This document shows positions 49,068-57,167 of a stretch of DNA of 64,000 nucleotides, in pieces (position 1 is the stretch's first letter; each line of letters opens with the position of its first letter). A model generated the notes under the pieces. That model did no database searches. It was given only the letters and a program-made list of their open reading frames with translations, and was not told where the DNA came from. Both the position numbers and the translations under genes were made by a program. Source of the stretch: Candidatus Limnocylindrales bacterium (GTDB taxonomy: Bacteria; Chloroflexota; Limnocylindria; Limnocylindrales; CSP1-4); assembly GCA_038214255.1 (NCBI GenBank), contig JBBQRZ010000005.1, forward strand, positions 49,289-113,288, written 5' to 3'.

Positions 49068-51110
49068 ATGCCCAACCGCCTGGCCGGCGAGACGAGTCCG
49101 TACCTCCTCCAGCATGCCAACAACCCCGTCGACTGGTTCCCCTGGGGACCCGACGCCCTGGCCCGCGCGAAGCTGCTCGATCGTCCGATCTTCCTGAGCA
49201 TCGGCTACGCGGCGTGCCACTGGTGCCACGTCATGGAGCGCGAGTCGTTCGAGGACGAGGCGACCGCCCGATCGCTCAACGACCGCTTCGTGGCGATCAA
49301 AGTAGATCGCGAGGAGCGACCCGACCTCGACAGCATCTACATGTCCGCGGTCCAAGCGATGACCGGCGGCGGTGGCTGGCCGATGTCGGTCTTCCTCACG
49401 CCCGATGGCGCTCCCTTCTACGGCGGTACGTATTACCCCGACCGACCGCGCCACGGGATGCCCTCGTTCCGGCAGGTGCTCGACGGGGTCTCGACGGCCT
49501 GGACGACCCAACGGTCCGAGGTCCTGGCCGCGGGCCAGCGGCTCGTCGGGTCCCTGGTCGAAGGGAATCGGACGTCGCCACCGGGTGGAGTCGTCATCGA
49601 CGAGGGAGTCATGGCGGCTGCGGACGAGGCGCTCGTCGCCTCGTTCGATACGCGCAACGGATCGTGGGGCACCGCGCCCAAGTTCCCCCAGCCGATGACG
49701 ATCGAATACCTGCTGCGGCGGATCGCCGCGGGCCGGCCGGAGGCGGCACCGATCGTCCGCTTCACACTCGACAAGATGGCCGACGGCGGGATCCGCGATC
49801 AGCTCGGTGGCGGATTCCACCGCTACTCGACCGACGCCCACTGGCTCGTGCCCCATTTCGAGCAGATGCTCTACGACAACTCCCAGCTCGCTCGCGTCTA
49901 CGTGCACGCGTGGGCGACGCTCGGGGAGGCGCGCGACCGCGAGGTCGCGACCGGGGTGCTCGACTACATGATCCGGGAGTTGACGACCGCCGATGGCGCC
50001 TTCGCCGCTAGCCAGGATGCCGACACCGATGGCATCGAAGGCCTGACCTTCATGTGGCGCGCGGCCGAGATCCGCGAGGTGCTCGGCGACGGGGCCGCTG
50101 CCCGGTTCGGCGAGGCGTACGGCGTGACCGAGGATGGCAACTGGGAGGGCGTCACGATCCTATCGCGCGTCTGGCCCGCACCCGGTGAGGCGCCGTTCCG
50201 CGATGACGCAGCCCTCGAGGCGGAGCTCGCGGCGTCGCGGGCGTCGTTGCTGGCGCGGCGGGGGTCGCGGCCGCAGCCGGCTCGCGACGACAAGGCGCTG
50301 GCGGCCTGGAACGGGCTGGCGATCGCGGCGTTCGCCGACGCCGGCCGGCTGCTCGGGGAGGAGCGGTACACGGCCGCGGCCGTGCAAGCGGCGGGCACGA
50401 TCGTCGGGGGTCTGCTCGGCGAGGAGGGATCGTTGCGCCGGTCGTGGAAGGACGGTCGAGGGGTCGGCGCGGGCGTGCTCGAGGACTATGCCCACCTGGC
50501 CGAGGGCCTGCTGGCGCTGTACGAGACGACCTTCGACGAGCGCTGGTTCACCATCGCCCGCGGCCTCGCGGACCAGATCCTGGAGCGGTTCGAGGATCCG
50601 GCCGGTGGATTCTTCGACACCGCCGTCGACCACGAGCGGCTGATCACCCGGCCCAAGGACTTGCAGGACAACGCGGTGCCGTCGGGCGGGGCGATGGCGG
50701 CGACCGTGCTCCTCCGCCTGGCGGCGTGGACCGGCGAGGCGCGCTATCACGAGGCCGCGGAACGAGCGATCGGCACGGTCGGCGGGTACGCGGCGCGCTA
50801 CCCGACCGGCTTCGCCCAGTGGCTCACGGCGATGTCGTTCGCCACGGCCGACGTGGTCGAGGTGGCCATCGTCGGAGACCCGGCCGAGGCGGCGACCCGG
50901 GAGTTGCTCGCACCGGTCTGGTCCGAGTGGCGACCGAACCAGGTGCTTGCGTCGGCACCATCCGACGCGGTTGCGGTGGCCTCCCCGATCCCGCTGCTCC
51001 ATGACCGGATCGCGCAGGAGGGCCGTCCGACCGCCTACGTCTGCCACGGATTCGTGTGCGACCTGCCGGTGATCTCCGCGAGCGGGCTGGCCGAACGGCT
51101 CGGCCGATGA
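49068..51110 (+). CDS. thioredoxin-domain protein of the YyaL/DUF255 (SSP411-like) family
   Basis: Internal ATG of ORF 47820..51110. [25 protein letters not shown] ... [17 protein letters not shown], followed by an alpha/alpha-toroid-like C-terminal region. Confidence 0.85.
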   Translation: MPNRLAGETSPYLLQHANNPVDWFPWGPDALARAKLLDRPIFLSIGYAACHWCHVMERESFEDEATARSLNDRFVAIKVDREERPDLDSIYMSAVQAMTGGGGWPMSVFLTPDGAPFYGGTYYPDRPRHGMPSFRQVLDGVSTAWTTQRSEVLAAGQRLVGSLVEGNRTSPPGGVVIDEGVMAAADEALVASFDTRNGSWGTAPKFPQPMTIEYLLRRIAAGRPEAAPIVRFTLDKMADGGIRDQLGGGFHRYSTDAHWLVPHFEQMLYDNSQLARVYVHAWATLGEARDREVATGVLDYMIRELTTADGAFAASQDADTDGIEGLTFMWRAAEIREVLGDGAAARFGEAYGVTEDGNWEGVTILSRVWPAPGEAPFRDDAALEAELAASRASLLARRGSRPQPARDDKALAAWNGLAIAAFADAGRLLGEERYTAAAVQAAGTIVGGLLGEEGSLRRSWKDGRGVGAGVLEDYAHLAEGLLALYETTFDERWFTIARGLADQILERFEDPAGGFFDTAVDHERLITRPKDLQDNAVPSGGAMAATVLLRLAAWTGEARYHEAAERAIGTVGGYAARYPTGFAQWLTAMSFATADVVEVAIVGDPAEAATRELLAPVWSEWRPNQVLASAPSDAVAVASPIPLLHDRIAQEGRPTAYVCHGFVCDLPVISASGLAERLGR

Positions 51111-52312
51111 CGTCGGGGCCGGTCGAGCCGCGACCGGCGGCCACCGTGGTGCTGCTCCGCCCCGGGCCGGACGGGCTCGAGGTGCTCTTGACCCGACGAC
51201 CGCCATCGATGGCGTTCGCGCCGGACATGTTCGTCTTTCCGGGTGGCGCCGTCGACGACGAGGACACCGAGCCCGCGCTGCTCGCCCGCGGCGACCCGGG
51301 GGCCGTTCCGGCCGAGGTGGCTGCGATCCGCGAGCTGTTCGAGGAAGCCGGGGTGCTGCTCGCGACCGGCGGTTCCGTGGCCGAACGTTCGGCCGCACGG
51401 GTCGCGCTGGTCCGCGGCGAGACGACGTTCCGGGCCGTCGTGGAGGCCCTGGACCTGCGTCTCGCGACCGCGTTACTGACACCGCTGTCGCGCTGGGTCA
51501 CGCCGCCGTCGATGCCCCGTCGGTTTGACGCGCGGTTCTACGCCGCCGCGTTCCCCGCGAACGCTGCGGTCACCTACGAGGGTGAGGAGGTCGTCGACGA
51601 CGTCTGGCTTCGACCGGCCGAGGCGCTCGAGGCGATGGCCGAGGGCCGGCTCGCGATGTGGCTGCCGACCTCGTCGACGCTCCAGCAGCTCGAGCACGCC
51701 GGATCGATCGAGGCGATCCGCGAGCGGCTGACGCCCGGGCCTGCCGGCGAGGTCGTCGTCGAGGAGATGGCGACCGACGTTGTCCGGATCGAGATGCCGT
51801 CCGGAGGCGGCGTCGACGGCCAGCCCGTCAACGCCTACCTCATCGGCCGGTCGTCGTTCGTGCTCGTCGACCCGGGCGATCCCACCGGCCCTGGCCTGGA
51901 TCGTGCCGTGTCCGAGGCGGCTCGGCGGGGGGGCTTGATCGAGTCGATCTGCCTGACCCAGGCATCACCCGACCATGCCGGAGGCGCCGAGGCGCTGCGC
52001 GAAGCCCTGCAGGTGCCGGTGTTCGTGGGGCCGGGTGGCGGCCGGCATCTGCCGTACCCGACGACCGAGCTCGCCGAGGGCGATCGGCTCGGGCCGCTGA
52101 TCGCCGTGCTGACGCCGGGTCCGCGACCCAATCACGTCGCCTTCATCTTCGCGGGCGGCGAGTTCGCGATCAGCGGCGACCTCGACGGCGTCCGCGGCGC
52201 CCGGTCGATCCACGCACCGACGGACGAAACGGCCTGGACGGCGTCGATCGAGCGCCTGCGCGCGATGGCCCCGGGCGCCCGCTGGCTCGGCGGCCACCCA
52301 CGGACGGCGTGA
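51107..52312 (+). CDS. Nudix hydrolase fused to an MBL-fold metallo-hydrolase domain
   Basis: ATG at 51107 in an ATGA overlap. Nudix box GGAVDDED ... [14 protein letters not shown]. The C-terminal half carries VLVDPGDP ... [12 protein letters not shown] (HxHxDH position reads SPDH). Confidence 0.7.
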   Translation: MTSGPVEPRPAATVVLLRPGPDGLEVLLTRRPPSMAFAPDMFVFPGGAVDDEDTEPALLARGDPGAVPAEVAAIRELFEEAGVLLATGGSVAERSAARVALVRGETTFRAVVEALDLRLATALLTPLSRWVTPPSMPRRFDARFYAAAFPANAAVTYEGEEVVDDVWLRPAEALEAMAEGRLAMWLPTSSTLQQLEHAGSIEAIRERLTPGPAGEVVVEEMATDVVRIEMPSGGGVDGQPVNAYLIGRSSFVLVDPGDPTGPGLDRAVSEAARRGGLIESICLTQASPDHAGGAEALREALQVPVFVGPGGGRHLPYPTTELAEGDRLGPLIAVLTPGPRPNHVAFIFAGGEFAISGDLDGVRGARSIHAPTDETAWTASIERLRAMAPGARWLGGHPRTA

Positions 52313-52361
52313 CCGGAGTGATCCGCAATGGCCTACATCGCAAACGATTCAGTGAAGCCGA

Positions 52362-52822
52362 TCACAAGAGGCCTTTGATTCGGCTCGTCTTTCCCTCCTC
52401 CGTGGTAACCAACCGCCGATCGGATAGGCGCCACGCTCCGTTCTCAAGATCTAGGACGTACTCGAATTGGGACGGCGGAAGGCCTCCGAGTTCGTCGTCC
52501 TCGTTCGGTACGGCAATTGCTCTGGAGCCCTGCGCCGAGATTGAGATAATTGTGGTCGCGCTTGCGGGTCGACGGAGGGAGGCGTGCGGAACCCATAGCC
52601 TCTCATGCGGCTCAAACCGATTGATGACCGCTGAGATCGCTGGACGTTCTCAAACCGCTTCTGAATCTCGTCGGGCGCAAACACGACGCGGCCAGCAGGG
52701 AGCGCAACCATGCCCGCTGAGTCCTCTTGGCGACTGATTCGCTCTGCCTCGATCTCAAAGTCGAATCGATCGGTCAGATAACGCAAGATTCGGTCCCGAA
52801 TCTCCAGCTCCGCCTCAATCAT
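52362..52822 (-). pseudogene. orphan ORF in a lower-GC islet, apparently frameshifted (about 150 codons when joined)
   Basis: Frame A gives MIEAELEIRDRILRYLTDRFDFEIEAERISRQEDSAGMVALPAGRVVFAPDEIQKRFENVQR, then turns Arg-rich. A second frame opens at about 52640 without any start codon and reads AISAVINRFEPHERLWVPH ... NEDDELGGLPPSQFEYVLDLENGAWRLSDRRLVTTEEGK, ending at the stop at 52362..52364. Confidence 0.45.
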
Positions 52823-52848
52823 CCATTACCCAGCGATAAAGGATCGGG

Positions 52849-53450
52849 CTATGCGCGGTCGACCGGTAGGGCCACCGCGAGGTTGCGCAGGAAGTTGAGA
52901 CCTTCGTCGACCTCCTCGGTGGGTGCGTACGGGCCTGGCATCAGGCAGCACGGTCGGCCGGCGAGCGCGACGCCGGTGAGCTGGCCCAGGACTCCTTCAG
53001 GGCCCGTCCCGCCGCGATCGAGGCCGCACGCTTGTAGATGAAGACCACCGCGGCGGGCCGCCAGATGGCGATCTTCTGCCAGAGCGGGCCGACGCCCGCG
53101 GTCAGCGCCGCGTCCGATGCCTCGTCCCTGGGGCTCGGCGCCTTCAGCAGGTCGGTGATGCCGTGGCCGGCGGCGAGCAGGGCATCGTCGGCCGACTCGA
53201 TCGCGGTGGTCGCCGGCAGGACGCCCGCGGTCATGAGCCGCCGCCAGAAGTTCCGCCCGAGCTGGCCCTGGTGGTAGTGCCCGGCCTCGACGCTGACCGG
53301 CGACGGGTTGAGCCCGACGAACAGGAGTCGATCGCGGAGCGGCGGCAGGTCAGCCAGGGTCTGGGCCTCCCGGCCATCGACGAGGGTCGTCGTGAGATGC
53401 GGTCCCGGGGCGGGCCGCTCGGTCAGGGCGCGCAGCTCGTCCGGCGTCAC
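52849..53450 (-). pseudogene. mug: Mug/TDG-like (UDG family 2) mismatch-specific uracil-DNA glycosylase with an apparent -1 frameshift near its 3' end
   Basis: LLFVGLNPSPVSVEAGHYHQGQLGRNFWRRL matches the Mug GxNPG...N-FW motif. After about 52990 the called frame reads SWASSPASRSPADRAA. The adjacent frame reads LGQLTGVALAGRPCCLMPGPYAPTEEVDEGLNFLRNL, the expected G-x-Q ... LP-P ... C-terminus, and ends at 52849. Confidence 0.6.
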
Positions 53451-53460
53451 CGTGACCCGG

Positions 53461-53706
53461 TCAGGCCGGTCGGTCGGTGCCCGAGGCCGGGGGAGCCGGG
53501 GGCGCCGGCGGGACGGCGTTGTCGGCGGGCGGGACCGGCTCGGCGCTCGTGCGAGCCTGGATCTCCTCCTGGGCCTTGGTCGCCTCGGCCTTGGCCTCGC
53601 GAACGCCCCGACCCAGCGCCTCGCCGAGGCTCGGCAGCGTCTTGGGCCCGCGCCACACGATGACGAGCACGAGGATGACGATGAGGATCAGCAGCAGGTC
53701 GGGCAT
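53461..53706 (-). CDS. tatA: TatA/E-like twin-arginine translocase subunit
   Basis: N-terminal TM helix LLLILIVILVLVIV, then an amphipathic segment GPKTLPSLGEALGRGVREAKAE and an acidic/Pro-rich tail. Confidence 0.6.
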   Translation of the reverse strand: MPDLLLILIVILVLVIVWRGPKTLPSLGEALGRGVREAKAEATKAQEEIQARTSAEPVPPADNAVPPAPPAPPASGTDRPA

Positions 53707-53724
53707 GGCCCCGATGGTACAGCG

Positions 53725-54120
53725 TCAGCGACGGCGCTCGACCGGGATCACGAGGCGCAGCGCGGTGTGGGTCGGCGAGAAGGACGCGACCTTGTTGTCG
53801 ACCAGGCCGGCCGCCTTCGCCGCGGCGATGACCTCCACGTCGCGGATCGTGGCGGCCTTGCCCTTGCGCGACACGACCCAGATCGCGCCGTTTGGCCGGA
53901 TGCGGGTGGCGAGATCGGCGAGGGGCGCGAGCTCGTCGGTCGAATCCGCGGCGAGGAGGACGACATCGGTCCCCGCCGCCGGCAAGCCCTCCGTGAGGTC
54001 GGTCGTGCGCTCGGTGATCCGCTCGCGGATCGTCTCGTCGTCGACCCCGAGGATCGCAACGCGCATGCCCGGCCGGATGCCGAGCTTGTCGAGGAGCGGC
54101 GTGGTGTAGATGCGTTCCAC
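53725..54120 (-). CDS. DUF3052-like protein
   Basis: GTG at 54120 within ORF 53725..54687. TTPLLDKLGIRPGMRVAILG ... NGAIWVVSRKG pattern. Confidence 0.55.
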   Translation of the reverse strand: MERIYTTPLLDKLGIRPGMRVAILGVDDETIRERITERTTDLTEGLPAAGTDVVLLAADSTDELAPLADLATRIRPNGAIWVVSRKGKAATIRDVEVIAAAKAAGLVDNKVASFSPTHTALRLVIPVERRR

Positions 54121-54138
54121 GGCGGGTATCGTGCCACG

Positions 54139-55812
54139 ATGCTGCTCGTCTTCGGACCGCGGTCGCTGTCGTACGACTTCGGGCAGGATCATCCTTTGAC
54201 GCCACGTCGGTTCGGGCCGGGGATCCACCTTCTGGAGGCCGTCGGCGCGACGCCCGGCCTCGCTCCGGAGCCGGCGCCCGATGCCGAGCTCGAGCGGTGC
54301 CACACGCGCGCCTACATCGATGTCGTCAAGCGGTTCTCGTTCGACCCGTTGGGGCTCCCGTCCTCGGGCATCAGCGACGTCGGGGACACGCCGCCGTTTC
54401 CCGGCATGCACGAGGCGTCGGCTGCCGTCGCCAGTGGGTCGATCCGGGCGATGGAGGCGATCCTGCGCGGAGACGTCGAGCATGCCCAGCATCCGGGCGG
54501 TGGTCTGCACCATGCGATGGCGGCGAGAGCGTCGGGCTTCTGCGTCTACAACGATCCGGCCCTGGCGATCGCGCGGGCTCGGCGGGATGGGCTGCGCGTC
54601 CTGTATGTCGACCTTGACGTGCACCACGGCGACGGTGTCCAGGCGCTGTTCCTCGACGATCCCGGCACGTTGACATTCTCGATCCATGAAACGGGACGGG
54701 CCTTGTTCCCGGGGACGGGCGAGGCCTGGGAGATCGGCGAGGGCGCCGCGGCGGGGACCGCGGTGAACGTGCCGGTGCCGCCCGCGACCGGCGAAGGGGC
54801 GTGGCTGGGTGCGCTGCGCCTACTGCTCCCCGAGCTCGCCGCCACGTTCGGGCCGGACGTCATCGTGTCCCAGCACGGCGCCGATTCGCACGCGTGGGAC
54901 CCGCTCGCGCACCTGCACGTCACCACGACCGCGATGGGCGAGGCGGCGCGCCTGGTCGACGCGCTGGCGCACCGGGACGGACCCCGCGGCCGGTGGCTTG
55001 CGACCGGCGGAGGCGGGTACGACGCGTACCGGGTGGTGCCGCGCGCCTGGGCCCTGACCTGGCTTGCCGGGGCGCACCGCGACGTGCCGGACGAGACGCC
55101 GGCGGCGTGGCGCTCCCGATGGGCGGCCGAGGCGGCACGCTACGGGCAGGCGCCACTTCCGATAACGTTCACGGATGCGCCGAATGCCGGGCTCCCGTTC
55201 GATGCCGAGCAGGAAGCCGCGGAGGCGCAGGCATCGGAGATGGCGGCGCTCGTCCGGCGGGTCCTCGTGCCCCGGCTCGTCCGCCAAGCCACGGATCGCG
55301 GATGGTGGGATCCGCTGGGAGGGGCACCATCCGGGTTGTCGATGGCCGGGGCTGGGCCCGGCGAAGGTGCGCCGACGGTCCTGCCTTCGGTGGACGTGGC
55401 GACCTGGTCCGGGCTCGCGATCGAGCCACGGGTGGTCGCCCCCGCCGCACCGAACGACGCGCATCGGCTGATCCTCGCCGCGCTGGCGGACGGGGCCGCC
55501 GTCTCGGCCGCGGTCGTGGGCCGAAACGTCGTGGGGCTGGTGGTCGTATCGGCGGACGGCGAGCTGCTGGCGCTCGGGGTGGCACCCGCGTGGCGGCGGC
55601 AGGGGCTCGGAGGTCGGCTGCTGGCGGCGGCCGAGACGGCCCGACGGGCCGAGGTGACCGTCGCGGAACGGGATCCGGTCGAGCCCCTCGACCGGGACGT
55701 CCGCTCGTTGGTCGCGAGCCGGCTGCTCCTTGGTGCCGGATTCCGGGTCGAGCCCGCACCCTCCGAGGTCCGGGCGATCGACCCAGCGGCCATCGTCGCG
55801 GTGCGACCGTGA
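54139..55812 (+). CDS. histone-deacetylase-family (AcuC/AphA-like) deacetylase fused to a C-terminal GNAT-like segment
   Basis: Internal ATG of ORF 53308..55812. HDAC motifs GGGLHHAMAARASGFCVYND and DLDVHHGDGVQ. The extra ~150 aa at the C-terminus contains LALGVAPAWRRQGLGGRLL, resembling GNAT motif A (nt about 55570..55625). Confidence 0.75.
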   Translation: MLLVFGPRSLSYDFGQDHPLTPRRFGPGIHLLEAVGATPGLAPEPAPDAELERCHTRAYIDVVKRFSFDPLGLPSSGISDVGDTPPFPGMHEASAAVASGSIRAMEAILRGDVEHAQHPGGGLHHAMAARASGFCVYNDPALAIARARRDGLRVLYVDLDVHHGDGVQALFLDDPGTLTFSIHETGRALFPGTGEAWEIGEGAAAGTAVNVPVPPATGEGAWLGALRLLLPELAATFGPDVIVSQHGADSHAWDPLAHLHVTTTAMGEAARLVDALAHRDGPRGRWLATGGGGYDAYRVVPRAWALTWLAGAHRDVPDETPAAWRSRWAAEAARYGQAPLPITFTDAPNAGLPFDAEQEAAEAQASEMAALVRRVLVPRLVRQATDRGWWDPLGGAPSGLSMAGAGPGEGAPTVLPSVDVATWSGLAIEPRVVAPAAPNDAHRLILAALADGAAVSAAVVGRNVVGLVVVSADGELLALGVAPAWRRQGLGGRLLAAAETARRAEVTVAERDPVEPLDRDVRSLVASRLLLGAGFRVEPAPSEVRAIDPAAIVAVRP

Positions 55813-56510
55813 GCGAACCGCTCCCGCAGCGCGACATCGTCGACGTGCGGCTGGCGGACGCCCTCGGGACCGGCGGGTGCCCGATCTGCGCTGTCCGCGC
55901 GCGGGCGGAGCGGGCCATGCTCGACGCGATCATCGCCGAGCGCGTGCTCGACCTCGGGTTTCGTGCGGGCCTGGAACGCGACCATGCCTTCTGCCGCCGG
56001 CATGCCGCCGAGCTCATCGTCGCGGATCGCAAGGCGTCGGGGATCCTCGGCTCATCGATCCTGTACGGCGCGATGCTTGAACGACGGGTGGCCGCGCTAA
56101 GGGCGGCGCTCGGGAATCGGGGCCGGACGCGCCGCGCACGCCTGGCGGAGGCCGCGCGTCGACCTCCGTGCCAGGTATGCGAACAGGGCACGACCGCGGT
56201 CGCGACTGCCACGGGCCGGCTGGTGGAGCGGTGCGCCGACGGGGCTTGGGCCGCCGTCGTGACCGAGGCGCCGTTCTGCCTCGACGACCTCGTCGTGTTG
56301 ATGATCGCGGCCGGCGACGCCGAGGTGGCTCGACTGGTCGTCGAGCGGCAGCTCCAGCGCCTCGAGGACCTCCGGGCGCGACTCGACCGCTACGCGCACA
56401 ACTCGGGGCAGGATCGCCGCCATCTCATGCGCGACGACGAGCGTGGCGCCGCCGACGAGGCCGCCCGCGCCCTGGGCGGCGACGGAGGTCCGACCGACCG
56501 CCCCGGGTGA
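55809..56510 (+). CDS. Cys-rich hypothetical protein (CPxC ... FCxxH ... CxxC ... FC), possibly DUF6062-like
   Basis: GTG at 55809 in a GTGA overlap with the deacetylase stop, frame of ORF 54801..56510. Motifs GGCPICAVR, HAFCRRH, PPCQVCEQG and APFCLDD. The family name is recalled from memory and not verified. Confidence 0.6.
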   Translation: MSEPLPQRDIVDVRLADALGTGGCPICAVRARAERAMLDAIIAERVLDLGFRAGLERDHAFCRRHAAELIVADRKASGILGSSILYGAMLERRVAALRAALGNRGRTRRARLAEAARRPPCQVCEQGTTAVATATGRLVERCADGAWAAVVTEAPFCLDDLVVLMIAAGDAEVARLVVERQLQRLEDLRARLDRYAHNSGQDRRHLMRDDERGAADEAARALGGDGGPTDRPG

Positions 56511-56519
56511 CGGCGCCGT

Positions 56520-57110
56520 CAACCGGCCGGCGACGCGGGACCGGCGAGTCGATAGCCCAGGCCGAACTCGGTCACGATGAACGACTCGCCCGGCGCGGCC
56601 GCGTCGAGCTTCAGCCGGAGGTTGCGGATCGTCATCCGCAGCAGGTGCACGTCGCGGGTCGTAGCCGGCGCCCCACACCGCGCCGAGCACCTGCCGATGC
56701 GTCGCGAGCTGGCCGGCGTGCTCGATGAGGTGAGCCAGCAGTCGGAATTCGGTCGGCGTCAGGTGGATCTCGGTGCCGCGGACGTGGGCTCGATGGTCGT
56801 CGAGATCGACGACTAGATCGCGATGGCGCAGCCGGCGCGGTCGCTCGGGTGCGGCCGTCGCGGCGCGCCGCAGGGCGGCCTCCACGCGAGCGCTCAGCTC
56901 CGGGAAGGACAGCGGCTTCGTGATGTAGTCGTCGGCGCCCAGCTTCAGGCCGCGGACCTTGTCGCCCTCCGAGCCGCGCGCCGTGACCATCAGGATCGGG
57001 ACACGGCTGAACTCGCGGAACCGGCTGATGAGCTGCCATCCGTCGAATCCGGGCAGCGCCACGTCGAGGATGATCAGGTCGGGTCGCTGATGGACGGTAA
57101 GAGAAACGGT
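56520..57110 (-). pseudogene. OmpR/PhoB-type response regulator relic: 5'-truncated and frameshifted
   Basis: The reading frame opens only after a TAA at 57111..57113 and starts mid-receiver (LTVHQRPDLIILDVALPGFDGW ...). About the first 45-50 residues of a receiver domain are absent. The winged-helix part (LTPTEFRLLAHLIEHAG) switches frame near 56650 to DVHLLRMTIRNLRLKLD ... FIVTEFGLGYRL, with the stop at 56520..56522. Confidence 0.7.
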
Positions 57111-57167
57111 TTAGAACGTCCGGTCCAAAACCGCTGCGCGACCTATACTTTCTGTTCCGTGGTCACG

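Noticed and set aside
52313-52850. The lower-GC islet as a mobile element or prophage remnant.
   Set aside because: I could find no integrase, transposase, terminal inverted repeats, flanking direct repeats or tRNA target. Only the compositional dip and a broken orphan ORF support foreign origin, so I report it as an islet and not as a mobile element.
52849-52941. A 30-codon ORF (MPGPYAPTEEVDEGLNFLRNLAVALPVDRA) as an independent small gene coupled to mug.
   Set aside because: Its sequence corresponds to the expected C-terminal segment of Mug-family proteins. It is better explained as the displaced 3' end of the frameshifted mug gene.
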